From Fibrobacteria bacterium (GTDB lineage Bacteria; Fibrobacterota; Chitinivibrionia; Chitinivibrionales; FEN-1185), in the NCBI GenBank assembly GCA_037447435.1, contig JBBIGR010000011.1, forward strand, positions 45,002 to 109,001: a stretch of 64,000 bases of DNA, read 5' to 3'. Made by a program: the position numbers and the translations under genes. Below are positions 9,072 through 19,244 of the stretch, one piece after another. The notes beneath the pieces are model-generated. The model was not told the origin of the DNA, made no database searches, and worked only from the letters and a program-made list of their open reading frames with translations. Position 1 is the first letter of the stretch; each line of letters starts with the position of its first letter.

Positions 9072-11177
9072 TTATTCTCCCCGAATTTTCATTTCTTTAA
9101 CAAGCAAAGATGCTGCGCGCCCGATAAAAAACGCGTTATACAAAACGCACAAGACAAAAAACGGCAAAATAACTCCATGTAAAAGCCACGATGGAAAAAC
9201 AATGGCTGGGAAGAGAATGAATGAGTAAATTCCATAAACGATGCTTGTTAAAAGTAGGATGGGAATCGACAGCCACATCGTCGAATTTCTTTGGACCATT
9301 CCTGCACCGGGAAAAACAACATCGAGGATCAGGGCCCGCAGAGAAGAAAGACGTACGCTTTTAAATTGGATCTTCGACATTATTCTTTGCCGGATGCTTT
9401 CGTTGCGGATATGTTGGGTCGAGTTAAAGCAATCCTGGCAAATTCCTCCTCGTTTGCATTTACGGCAAATAGGTGTCTGGCACAGCTTGCAAGAATAAAT
9501 TTTCTTGACAACATCGCGGGACCAAACGGTCATATCCGATACTATCAGGATGCAAAAAAGAATAAGTGAAAGTATTGCATAAATAAAGAAGGAAAAACCA
9601 AAAAAAGTGACGCCGAACCTTTTGTCAACGCCTTGCGAATGGTTTGCGGAATACGTGAAAATATGTTTCCAAAAGTAGCCCGGAGTATAATCGGGTGATA
9701 TTAACTGCCTGGCGATGGGCCAATCTTTGGAAAAAAAATCATCGCTTATTTTAATATGGGAATTTATCAGGAGTGGATTTATCCTTGCTGCTTTGGAAAT
9801 ATACTCCATACCTTTTGCTGTTTCCATTGCATTAAAAAAATATTGGCCGCAATTAAAATAGGCTGGCGCAAAATTAAAATTTGATTCGATGCATTCGAGA
9901 TAGGTGTTTTTCGCTTCATTCAGCTGGCCGGATTGGTACAAAACATTTCCGAGAACGGTGAGTACGACCGGGTCTGTTGGAGCCAATTGCTGCGCTTGTC
10001 TTATGTGAGATAACGCATTTTGGGTATCTTGCTTCCTTAAATATGAAACTGCCATGCCCGTATGAATCAAAAAATTCGACGAATTTGTTTGTGTTGACTT
10101 TTGTAAATATTCCTCAAATTCAGGATAATATCCTTCGTCGAGCGATTTTTTTAATAACATCGGTGCGCTTGCAGGGTCATTGCACATGTAAAACATATCG
10201 TCGACCTTTAAATTTAAAGGATATAGCATGAAAATTCCCAAGACTATACCTCCAAGGACCTTGTCGCGACCGTGCAAATGGCGCCAAAGGAGGAAAAAAG
10301 TGATCCAAATCCATGCGGTAAATCCAATAAATATCAAAGCGAAGAACAGTGCGCTCGATAATAAAACCCTGGTTTTAATGCTATATTTTTTGGGAAGCAA
10401 CTCCGAAACCGAATGCAATGATTGGGGGAGGTATTTTGCCAGCAAAGTACCAATAATTCCTACGACAAAAAATTCGAATACAATGGTAAGCCAGGTGTGT
10501 AATTGGTAAACAAGTTCCAATTGAATTTCCCATGAATTCAATACCTTTTCGTACAGATCCTTAATTTTTAAAAAAGCATTTTGGGGGTTTGGGTAGAGGT
10601 TCGATTTAATATCTAATATCAATGGCCATATGCAATTCCTGTCGAATATGCCTGCCCAAGATCTCTGGGAACCGTTTAATGAGCTTGTCGAGGAATAAAC
10701 ATCGTTATACAAAAGGATTTGGCTAACTAATGGCGCCGATTGGATACCGCGCATCAAGGACAATAGCCTCAATTTTGTAAGACATTTTTCCTGCCACAAA
10801 GGTAAACCGCAGCGTTCAAATTCCAAAGATAATGCAAAAATCGATCCGGGATCCGATTTGGTTGCGGAAATGGCTTTCGAAAACCAAATAGAAGAAACAG
10901 ATGCGGTATCATTGCTGTTTGCTAATCCGATGCAAAAACAATACCATACCGACATTGTGTCAAAAGTTAATGTATTTACGTTGATGGAAAACCCTGAAGC
11001 CGGATACAGGGATAATCGTGTTGAGTCTAAGCCGGTCAATTTAAATACGCTATCCCGGGTGGTAAGAGCGGAAATGAATTCGGATTCCCAAAGAATAGGC
11101 AATTCACGGGCTGTCGATCGAATGACCGACAACGAAATAATTATGAGAAGCGCACAGGAAATAAAACGATTTTTCAT
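9072..11177 (-). CDS. Polytopic membrane protein with TPR repeats and Cys zinc finger
   Basis: Signal peptide, several TM segments, TPR helices (LGNVLYQSG, AYFNCGQYF), CKLC-x4-CRKC-x5-CQDC, FPGAG. Confidence 0.75.
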   Translation of the reverse strand: MKNRFISCALLIIISLSVIRSTARELPILWESEFISALTTRDSVFKLTGLDSTRLSLYPASGFSINVNTLTFDTMSVWYCFCIGLANSNDTASVSSIWFSKAISATKSDPGSIFALSLEFERCGLPLWQEKCLTKLRLLSLMRGIQSAPLVSQILLYNDVYSSTSSLNGSQRSWAGIFDRNCIWPLILDIKSNLYPNPQNAFLKIKDLYEKVLNSWEIQLELVYQLHTWLTIVFEFFVVGIIGTLLAKYLPQSLHSVSELLPKKYSIKTRVLLSSALFFALIFIGFTAWIWITFFLLWRHLHGRDKVLGGIVLGIFMLYPLNLKVDDMFYMCNDPASAPMLLKKSLDEGYYPEFEEYLQKSTQTNSSNFLIHTGMAVSYLRKQDTQNALSHIRQAQQLAPTDPVVLTVLGNVLYQSGQLNEAKNTYLECIESNFNFAPAYFNCGQYFFNAMETAKGMEYISKAARINPLLINSHIKISDDFFSKDWPIARQLISPDYTPGYFWKHIFTYSANHSQGVDKRFGVTFFGFSFFIYAILSLILFCILIVSDMTVWSRDVVKKIYSCKLCQTPICRKCKRGGICQDCFNSTQHIRNESIRQRIMSKIQFKSVRLSSLRALILDVVFPGAGMVQRNSTMWLSIPILLLTSIVYGIYSFILFPAIVFPSWLLHGVILPFFVLCVLYNAFFIGRAASLLVKEMKIRGE

Positions 11178-11446
11178 AAGGCTAAAAATGTATGTATTAA
11201 AATTTAAATATTCGGTTTCTTCACTTACAATTACGCTTTTTCCTTCAATGGTATTAAAGGAAAAGCGGTAATGATTTTGTTTAATTGTACAAACAAAACA
11301 TAAAAAAAGGCAAAGTAAATTTAAAAAATATGAGGAGGATAATGAAAGCTAACCCGAAATGAATCGACGGAAATAATAATAGAAAAAAAACAAAAAAAAG
11401 TATGACGGATATTGAATGATTCGATAGTTTTTATCGGTATCGGAAA

Positions 11447-12688
11447 TTATTCCTCGCCTCGAATGAGATCCTCATACGTTTCGCGTTTTCTTATGACCGA
11501 ATAAGTCTTGCCGTCAACTAAAACTTCGCATGGCTTAACGCGTGAGTTGTAATTGGATGACATCGTAAAACCATATGCCCCGGCGCTTTTCACCGCAATG
11601 ACCGATTTTTGAGGTAATAGCTCCATAGACCGGTCTTTTGCAAGAAAATCCGATGATTCGCAAATGGGGCCAACGACGTCGACGATAACGGTTTCAGAGT
11701 TTTCGGGTTTTACGACAGGAACTATTCCGTGATAAGAACCGTAAAGTGGCGGTCGAATAAGATCGTTCATCCCTGCATCGCAAATATAGAATAATTTTGT
11801 GTCGGTTTTCTTGATATAGGTAATGGATGTCAACAATACTGCTGAATTTCCGACGACAAATCGCCCCGGTTCTATGATGAGATTACATTTTAAAGAGTCC
11901 ATAAACGGAGACATTATTCCCGCGAATTGAATCGGCGTAAACGGTGTCTCCGTATTGTAAACGATGCCGAGGCCTCCGCCGATATCGACGGTGTGAATTT
12001 TAATGCCGATAGAATTTAGCGCCGTAAAAAGGTCCGACAACATTCCTAATGCCTGACGATACGGGTCTAGCGTCAAAATTGGAGACCCTAAGTGCACATC
12101 GATACCTATCGGGTTGATATTTGGCAAACCGTACGCTTTTTTATAAAAATCAACTGCGGCGGAAATGGGGACTCCGAATTTGTTTTCTTTTTTCGCTGTT
12201 GTGGTATACTGGTGAGTTTTACCGTCGATATCCGGATTAACCCGTAACGAAATAGGGGCGATCACATCCATCGATCTTGCGATTTCAGAAAGAGCAAATA
12301 ATTCCGACTCGGATTCAATATTGAACATTCCGATACCGCTTTTAAGAGCATAGCGAAGCTCAGTCTCTGTTTTTCCAACTCCGGAATAGACGATTTTTTT
12401 GGGATGTATTCCTGCTTTTAATGCTCGAAACAGTTCTCCGCCGGAAACGATATCGGCGCCGATATTTTTCGCAGCCATGAGTCGAAGTATAGATAAATTA
12501 GAATTTGACTTTACTGAAAAACAAATCTGTACATTTCGGGAACCGAAAGCTCCGGAAAGTAAATCTAAGTTATTGATTATGCTGGATTTTGAATAAACGT
12601 ATGCCGGAGTGCCGACTTCGCGTGCAATTGAAGCGAGGGAGACGTTTTCACAGAACAATTCGTCTCCCACGTATTGAAAATTTACCAT
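11447..12688 (-). CDS. lysA: Diaminopimelate decarboxylase
   Basis: GTPAYVYS, SVKSNSN, DIVSGGEL, HLGS, DIGGG, EPGR, GPICESSD, SSNYNSR. Confidence 0.96.
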   Translation of the reverse strand: MVNFQYVGDELFCENVSLASIAREVGTPAYVYSKSSIINNLDLLSGAFGSRNVQICFSVKSNSNLSILRLMAAKNIGADIVSGGELFRALKAGIHPKKIVYSGVGKTETELRYALKSGIGMFNIESESELFALSEIARSMDVIAPISLRVNPDIDGKTHQYTTTAKKENKFGVPISAAVDFYKKAYGLPNINPIGIDVHLGSPILTLDPYRQALGMLSDLFTALNSIGIKIHTVDIGGGLGIVYNTETPFTPIQFAGIMSPFMDSLKCNLIIEPGRFVVGNSAVLLTSITYIKKTDTKLFYICDAGMNDLIRPPLYGSYHGIVPVVKPENSETVIVDVVGPICESSDFLAKDRSMELLPQKSVIAVKSAGAYGFTMSSNYNSRVKPCEVLVDGKTYSVIRKRETYEDLIRGEE

Positions 12689-12738
12689 CAATACCCTTTA
12701 AATCAAAATGGGGTTAAGGCTTGTTTAGAAAAAAAACA

Positions 12739-12996
12739 TTAGCCCTGAAGTTTATTTACATGAGCATAAAGACGAGATTTTTTATTCGATGCGTTGTTTT
12801 TATGGATAAGACCGCTACCAGCGCATTTGTCGATAAAAGAAACTGCTTGAGAAAGATGCGCTGATGCATTTTTTTTATCTTTAGCATCTAAAACGTGGCG
12901 GATTACAGTTCTCAATGTGGACTGATCGCTTCTGTTTTTAAGATTGGCTTTTTTGCTTTTACGAACATGTTTTTCACATGCTTTATGTTGCGGCAT
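12739..12996 (-). CDS. rpsT: 30S ribosomal protein S20
   Basis: MPQHK..K..R...K..L.NR...S.LRT, IDK...G.IHKNNA..KKSRL; AAGGAG RBS before ATG 12996. Confidence 0.93.
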   Translation of the reverse strand: MPQHKACEKHVRKSKKANLKNRSDQSTLRTVIRHVLDAKDKKNASAHLSQAVSFIDKCAGSGLIHKNNASNKKSRLYAHVNKLQG

Positions 12997-13336
12997 TGAC
13001 TGCACTCCTTAATTCATTCAGGTAAGACGGTAAATTATGAATAACGTAATACGCTAAAATATATTTAATCTTAAAGATAAGTCAAATATTGGGAACTTAA
13101 AAATTTCAAATATTTTTTACTCCGATAATCCGGAGCTTCGCAAGCGGATCGTTTTTGATGAGATTATATCTAAGCGAAGAGTCCCCTGTAAGTAACGGCC
13201 ATGGTACCGAGTGGATAAAATTAATATAGATTCCAATCTTCAATAGCATATCGATTAAAAAATTAAGGTATTTTAAATTCCGCAATGATACATTCAAAAA
13301 AATGAATCGCTTAAAAGTGAAATTTCCGATACCAAA

Positions 13337-14416
13337 ATGAAAAACGGACCCGAAAAAGAATTTCCTTATACGGAGTTGTGCGGCGCGCTACATCTTCATA
13401 CGACCTTTTCGGATGGAGGCGTGACGTTTCCGGAATTAATTGAAACCGCAAATGAAGTCGGATTACGTTACATTGTTGTTACCGACCATATGTCTCTTGC
13501 GGGAAAAGAAAAAGGATACGAGGGATTTCATGGGAATCTTTTCGTTTGTGTCGGCTATGAACACAACGATAAAAATAATAAAAACCATTATTTGGCTTTG
13601 GGAACCCAATCGGTAATTGCGCAGCAAAATTCCGTTCAGGACTATATAAACGAAATAAAAATTGACGGAGGAATTGGTTTTTGCGCTCACCCGGTTGAAA
13701 AAAGAAATTATTTGGAATCATACCCTCCTTATCCATGGACGCAATGGAATGCGACGGGGTATGATGGCTTTGAGCTCTGGAACCAAATGTCGGATTGGCT
13801 TGAAAATTTAAAAAGTAAATTCCATTTTTTTAAGCTATTGTATCCTCGCAGATTCCTTGTTGAAATCAGAAAAGAAATGCTTGCTATATGGGATGAATCG
13901 AACCGAACACGATTCGTGAGCGGGATCGGAGGGGTTGATGCGCACACGATGAAAATAAAAATCGGAATTTTCCCCCGTACCGTTTTCCCGATAAAAGTCG
14001 AATTAAAAGGGATACGAACCCATATATATTTGAAAGAACCGTTGCCCAAAAATGATCCCGGCTTGGCAAAAAAAAGAATTTTGGATTCATTAAAAAACGG
14101 ACATGGATTCATCAGTAATTTTAGACGTCGGGACGCCGCAGGAACTTGCATATGTATGGAAACCGCAAACGGCTCGATTCTTTGCCCCGGTAATCACGAT
14201 GTGTCAATTGACTTGCCAGTAAAACTTCAAGTGAGTTTGCCAACCAGCGCCGATGTAAGGCTCGTAAAAAACGGCAAAGTGATCCAAACGATAAATGGGA
14301 AAAAGTTATCTTTCGACATTAAGGAAAAAGGTCTGTATAGGGTGGAAGCCTGGCTTCAAAACCATGCGTGGATATATTCAAATCCGTTTTGCGTTGGCGA
14401 ATATCCTTTATGGTGA
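13337..14416 (+). CDS. PHP-domain (CehA/McbA-like) metallohydrolase
   Basis: HLHTTFSDG, TDH, AHP, GGVDAH, C-terminal YRVEA..WIYSNP. Confidence 0.85.
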   Translation: MKNGPEKEFPYTELCGALHLHTTFSDGGVTFPELIETANEVGLRYIVVTDHMSLAGKEKGYEGFHGNLFVCVGYEHNDKNNKNHYLALGTQSVIAQQNSVQDYINEIKIDGGIGFCAHPVEKRNYLESYPPYPWTQWNATGYDGFELWNQMSDWLENLKSKFHFFKLLYPRRFLVEIRKEMLAIWDESNRTRFVSGIGGVDAHTMKIKIGIFPRTVFPIKVELKGIRTHIYLKEPLPKNDPGLAKKRILDSLKNGHGFISNFRRRDAAGTCICMETANGSILCPGNHDVSIDLPVKLQVSLPTSADVRLVKNGKVIQTINGKKLSFDIKEKGLYRVEAWLQNHAWIYSNPFCVGEYPLW

Positions 14417-15378
14417 AAATAAACCGGTTTTCAATTTTATTTGATGCGATTTTTCTATGTAGACCCGTTTTATTAGTCCCGGTGTGGGTTTTTTGTCTGT
14501 TTGGATATTTTTCAGGGATAAATTCCCCGAAAGAATTTTCTATTTCGGCAATATGGCACATGTCAATTCGCGAGTGTTTTTGGATCTTTATATTTTCTTT
14601 ATCCGTAGGCTCCGTTTATGTGTTAAACCAAATTAATGACAGAAAAGTAGATGCGCTCAATGGAGGCTTCGCGTTGCTTATTAAAGGAAAAATTCCCTTA
14701 TGGGTAGCATGGGCGACCACCTTTCTTCTTGCAGGAATTTCAATCGTTCTTCCCATGCTGTGGTGTCCGAGACTGGTTCTTTGGTCCTTATATTCCCTAA
14801 TTCTTGGCATTATTTATTGTATAAAGCCAATGTATTTTACCGGTAGGCCGATTTTGGATTTCACAACAAATGCTTTAGGCTACGGTGTAGTTTCGTTTGG
14901 CGTAGGCTGGTTGTTAGCTGGTCAAACTTTCGATATGAATTTTATTAAAGCGTGTTGCCCCTATTTTTTTATGATGTGTGCCGGCTCCATAAGTTCTACT
15001 TTGCCGGATTGTAACGGAGATAAGCTGGCAGGCAAAAATACAACCGCCGCAAAAATTGGCCTTATGCCGGCGCATTTGTTGTCTATGGGGTTTCTTCTAA
15101 TTGCATCAATTGAAGCTTATTTATTTCACGATTGGATTGCCCAGGCTTGTATTCTGGGGAGTTTTCCATTTTATACATTTTTAGTTTTTCGTAAAAAATC
15201 CCAAATAGCCATTGAGGCAACTTATAAAGGCGGATATATCGTTTGTATGCTGGTCTCATGCATAATTTTCCCTGCGATTGCTTTGGCAACCGGATTGGTT
15301 TTTGTATTAACCGTGTTGTATTTCAGGATCCGATATAATGTGTTATACCCTTCACTCGTTCCAATTAAACATGAATAA
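14410..15378 (+). CDS. UbiA family prenyltransferase
   Basis: Multi-TM; NQINDRKVDALN and LPDCNGDKLAGKNT Asp-rich motifs; overlaps both neighbours. Confidence 0.88.
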   Translation: MVKINRFSILFDAIFLCRPVLLVPVWVFCLFGYFSGINSPKEFSISAIWHMSIRECFWIFIFSLSVGSVYVLNQINDRKVDALNGGFALLIKGKIPLWVAWATTFLLAGISIVLPMLWCPRLVLWSLYSLILGIIYCIKPMYFTGRPILDFTTNALGYGVVSFGVGWLLAGQTFDMNFIKACCPYFFMMCAGSISSTLPDCNGDKLAGKNTTAAKIGLMPAHLLSMGFLLIASIEAYLFHDWIAQACILGSFPFYTFLVFRKKSQIAIEATYKGGYIVCMLVSCIIFPAIALATGLVFVLTVLYFRIRYNVLYPSLVPIKHE

Positions 15379-16390
15379 ATTGCATTTATTTTCCCTGGCA
15401 ATACTTTGCATGTTTGTTGGGCACGCTCTGTGTTTTGTACTTCAAAACACTCAAAAAGAGTACGTCGATTCTATTATGACAAATATAATGAATTGCAGAT
15501 TCGATTCGGCCGATAGCCAATGCGACCGATTAATTAGCAACGATACACAGGATCCTTTAGGATTAGTGATGCGAATGTCCTCATTTGCATTTTGGGATCT
15601 TGATTGTGATCATCCTGCCGATACAACACAATTTTTAGATTTGTATAAAAAAACCTCTTCTAAAATTATTGCATATGAATCCCGATATGGTGCGTCTTCC
15701 TATTCTAAAACGTTAAAAGGATTTTCAAAAGCCGTTCTTGCCTGCTATGATCTTTGGCATAAAAGCTATTTGTCGGGCCTTAATATCGGTTTTGGAGCTC
15801 TTGATGATTTAAAGGAAGCAAAAAGAATTGATGTGGAAAATACAGATGCCGACTTCTTTATCGGACTTTACAATTACACTCGTGCAGATATGAAAAAAAT
15901 GTTTTGGTGGGCTCTTTTCTGGTATTCCGGAGACAAAGAATCCGGAATTAAAAGTATACTGATGTGCAAAAAAAACGGGCAAATTATTAAACCGGTCGCT
16001 GCCTTGGTTCTTGCCGAGCTATGGATACGGGAAAAAAAATATTCTGAGGCGAAACACCTGATCAAAGAATTGGAAACAGCCTTTCCTAAAAGCAGGTTCG
16101 TAAAATGGACACATGCGAAGTATTTCGAGTCTCAAAACGATTTATCGTCAGCGGCGTCTTTATACGGCGAACTTGCGGATGAATATTCTAATTTGCCAAA
16201 AGCAATTAAAAATGAGCTTGCAGCCCGATTAAAAGAATCGGCACTGTTTTTTGAAGCAAATAATTTTGCTGGTTCGAAAGCTGCTGCAAGTAAAATTATT
16301 TCTTATAAAAACAACGTTTCTGATCCGCTTATTAAACAAGCTGTTAGAGATGCAGAAAAAATAATAAGAAAAATTAATGCCAAATCCTAA
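15371..16390 (+). CDS. Exported alpha-helical/TPR-like protein
   Basis: Signal peptide; DADFFIGLYNY and GDKESGI helical repeat-like segments. Confidence 0.7.
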   Translation: MNKLHLFSLAILCMFVGHALCFVLQNTQKEYVDSIMTNIMNCRFDSADSQCDRLISNDTQDPLGLVMRMSSFAFWDLDCDHPADTTQFLDLYKKTSSKIIAYESRYGASSYSKTLKGFSKAVLACYDLWHKSYLSGLNIGFGALDDLKEAKRIDVENTDADFFIGLYNYTRADMKKMFWWALFWYSGDKESGIKSILMCKKNGQIIKPVAALVLAELWIREKKYSEAKHLIKELETAFPKSRFVKWTHAKYFESQNDLSSAASLYGELADEYSNLPKAIKNELAARLKESALFFEANNFAGSKAAASKIISYKNNVSDPLIKQAVRDAEKIIRKINAKS

Positions 16391-16406
16391 AAAAAGGTGT
16401 TTTTTT

Positions 16407-16574
16407 ATGGTAAGCGTTTCTCAAAACAAGTGCGATGAGTGCGGTACGTGTATTGGCGTTTGCCCAAGTGATGCGCTTCTGTTGGATGATCGGTTACGTG
16501 TCAATGAACATCGATGTACCGGTTGCGGTGTTTGTGTGGAAATTTGCCCGTTTGGCGCCTTACAGCTTCAATAA
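16407..16574 (+). CDS. 2x[4Fe-4S] ferredoxin
   Basis: CDECGTCIGVCP and CTGCGVCVEICP motifs, 55 aa. Confidence 0.93.
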   Translation: MVSVSQNKCDECGTCIGVCPSDALLLDDRLRVNEHRCTGCGVCVEICPFGALQLQ

Positions 16575-16607
16575 AACGATTTATTCTAAGACGAAAGAAC
16601 TTGTTTT

Positions 16608-17768
16608 ATGATGAAAAATAATAGCTTTGATATTGCGGTTATTGGTGGTGGCCCTGCAGGAATCATGGCTGCAACATATGCGGCAAAAAATGGCAGATCT
16701 GTATGCCTTATCGACAGAAAAAGCAAACCCGGGTTCCCAGTTAGATGCGGCGAGGCGACGAGTTTGGATGGTTTTTTAAATATTGCCGAGTTCCAAAAAG
16801 ATTGGATCCTTTCAACCGTAACGTCGATGCAATTAATCGCTCCGTCGGGGACAGTAGTGACAGTTCCAAACGACTATGGCGCCTATATTATCGATCGCCA
16901 TAAAATGGAAACGGATTTAACGCAAGAAGCGATAAAATCAGGGGTTGCCTTTCTTCCGCATACGACCATCACTACTGTGGAAAAAGATAAAAATGAATAT
17001 ATCTGTTCCTCGAAGAATGTACGTATTATTGCACAATGTCTGATTCTTGCCGAAGGCATAGAATCACGTCTTGCTCGTCAATTGGGATGGACGACTTTTC
17101 TTGAGCCTCACGATGTGCATTCATGTGCATTTGCAAGGGTGGAACATCCCGACGTTATTCAAAACACATGTGTATTTTATCTGGGAAAACAATATGCTCC
17201 TGCAGGATATGTTTGGGTTTTTCACAGGGGTGGATCAACTGCGAATGTTGGATTAGGGACTTTAGGTTCTTTTTGTAAACCCGGACTTTCAAAAGAATTG
17301 TTGTTAAATTTTATAGACTCAAAATTTCACGGAGCAAAGGTATCACAGTTGCATTGCGGAGGCGTTCCAATGGGGAAGTATATTTCCCCGTTGGTAAAAG
17401 AGGGTGTACTTCTTTGCGGCGATTCGGCTCGAATGGTGAATTGCATAAACGGCGCAGGAATTTCCTATTCATTGTTCGCAGGAAAAAACGCCGGTATCGT
17501 ATCCGCTTTGGCATTCAAAGAGGGGAAATGCGATTATTCCTTACTTAAAAAATATGATAAAATATGGGGAAAGTCTTTCGGAAAACAACAATTGCGATCC
17601 TATTCGGTGAAAGAAATTATGGTTGGATTTTCCGACAAATTTATCGATGATATGGCTGCTATTGTTACAAAAAATAAAAACAGCAAACCGAGTATACTGA
17701 AAATATTTATCAGAGTATTCATCAGGTATCCGTTTCACCTATTTAAAGTGATCAAGCTGCTTAAATAA
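16608..17768 (+). CDS. Geranylgeranyl reductase family flavoprotein (DGGR-like)
   Basis: GGGPAG, PVRCGE, PAGYVWVF, ANVGLG, GDSA..VN..NGAGI. Confidence 0.88.
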   Translation: MMKNNSFDIAVIGGGPAGIMAATYAAKNGRSVCLIDRKSKPGFPVRCGEATSLDGFLNIAEFQKDWILSTVTSMQLIAPSGTVVTVPNDYGAYIIDRHKMETDLTQEAIKSGVAFLPHTTITTVEKDKNEYICSSKNVRIIAQCLILAEGIESRLARQLGWTTFLEPHDVHSCAFARVEHPDVIQNTCVFYLGKQYAPAGYVWVFHRGGSTANVGLGTLGSFCKPGLSKELLLNFIDSKFHGAKVSQLHCGGVPMGKYISPLVKEGVLLCGDSARMVNCINGAGISYSLFAGKNAGIVSALAFKEGKCDYSLLKKYDKIWGKSFGKQQLRSYSVKEIMVGFSDKFIDDMAAIVTKNKNSKPSILKIFIRVFIRYPFHLFKVIKLLK

Positions 17769-17781
17769 ATAGCCCATTTCG

Positions 17782-17810
17782 TTGACTGGGTTTGCCATTG
17801 ATGGTATAAT
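17782..17810 (+). promoter_or_regulatory. sigma70-type promoter for the HDOD-cheX cluster
   Basis: TTGACT-17 nt-TATAAT with extended TG. Confidence 0.7.
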
Positions 17811-17849
17811 AATTAGCATTATGACTACCATTTTTGAGAAAGCAACCCC

Positions 17850-18743
17850 ATGAATATCATTCAACGAATGTATGAAATTCATGAATTGCCTACTCTGCCC
17901 GAGGTAATTCTTAAAATTCAAGCCCTCATTAATTCCGATGAAGGAAGCGCAGGTTCACTTTCTCGAATTATTGCTCAGGATCCGTCTCTTACAACGAAAA
18001 TCCTGAAGGTTGCGAATTCATCCTATTTCGGCCAAACATATCAGCGGATTTCTTCGCTATCCCTTGCAATTGCACGAATTGGTTTCAATGAAGTGCGAAA
18101 CATAGTGACTGCAATTTCCTGTATAAAACAATTTTCAAAGCGCTCTTCGATCCTTGATTACAAATTATTCTGGCGCCACTCATTGACAGCTGCATATCTC
18201 ACCAAAATAATTACAGATTCTTATCCGGACAAATTTTCCTCCGAAGATAAGCAATATTTGTTTTTGACGGGATTGTTGCATGATATCGGGATTTTGATTT
18301 TCGATCAATTTTTCCATGAAGATTTTGAAATCATATTGGATTATGCAATTAAAAATGAGGTTTCATATCTAGCTGCCGAACAAGCCGTGTTTGGAAAGGA
18401 GTCGCATCAAGTTGTTGGCAGTGCATTATTGGAATTCTGGAAATTGGATGCTGCGGTAATATCGGGTGTGAGGTTTCATCATTTCGGATTCGAAAAATCG
18501 TCGAGTCATCACAGATTGATTTCTATGGTAAGCTGTCTGGTAGAATATATCCTTTGCAATTGCAGTTTGGGTTCTTTTGAAGGATCCATTGCAGAACTTG
18601 ACAAATCAATCGCCGATACCTTTAAAATAACTTCGGAAGGCATGGCCTTTTTATTCGCTGCCGCAGAAGCATATGTCGAAAAGTCGGATCTTGTTATTGC
18701 CATGGGGATGTCTGGGTCTTCAAATGAATTTAAAATGATTTAA
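17850..18743 (+). CDS. HDOD domain protein
   Basis: LPTLPEV, QDPSLTTKILKVANS, FWRHS, GLLHDIG. Confidence 0.92.
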   Translation: MNIIQRMYEIHELPTLPEVILKIQALINSDEGSAGSLSRIIAQDPSLTTKILKVANSSYFGQTYQRISSLSLAIARIGFNEVRNIVTAISCIKQFSKRSSILDYKLFWRHSLTAAYLTKIITDSYPDKFSSEDKQYLFLTGLLHDIGILIFDQFFHEDFEIILDYAIKNEVSYLAAEQAVFGKESHQVVGSALLEFWKLDAAVISGVRFHHFGFEKSSSHHRLISMVSCLVEYILCNCSLGSFEGSIAELDKSIADTFKITSEGMAFLFAAAEAYVEKSDLVIAMGMSGSSNEFKMI

Positions 18744-18769
18744 CAATTTTAAAAAAGAGGCTATAAATC

Positions 18770-19228
18770 ATGAATGTTGCTTATATTAACCCTTTTATTT
18801 CTGCAACTATGAATTTTTTTAAAACAATGTTGCGTGTTGATGCAGCTCCTGGAAAACCCGGCTTGAAACAGGAACCGTTTCCTTCTCACGATATTTCGGC
18901 GGTAATTGGCTTATCGGGGGATGCACAAGGTTCTGTTGCATTGAGCTTTCCTAAAGTCGCTGCATTAAAAATCGTTTCCGCAATGTTGGGGGCCGAAATC
19001 AAAATAGTCGGGCCAGAATTAACTGACGGAATTGGTGAAGTTGTGAATATAATCGCAGGAAATGCCAAAGGAGATTTAACTGCCTTTAAGCTTTCTATTT
19101 CATTGCCAAATATAATTATCGGTAAAGACCATGTCGTGGTTTCTCCAACGGGTGCGCCAACGATCGTTGTTCCATTTACTACCGTTTATGGAAGCTTTTC
19201 GATGGAAGTATCCTTGAAAACAAATTAG
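18770..19228 (+). CDS. cheX: CheX family phosphatase
   Basis: YINPFI, IGLSGDAQG, DGIGEVVNIIAGNAK (ExxN), ISLP.II.G. Confidence 0.93.
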   Translation: MNVAYINPFISATMNFFKTMLRVDAAPGKPGLKQEPFPSHDISAVIGLSGDAQGSVALSFPKVAALKIVSAMLGAEIKIVGPELTDGIGEVVNIIAGNAKGDLTAFKLSISLPNIIIGKDHVVVSPTGAPTIVVPFTTVYGSFSMEVSLKTN

Positions 19229-19244
19229 GAGTGTAAATCCTGGT

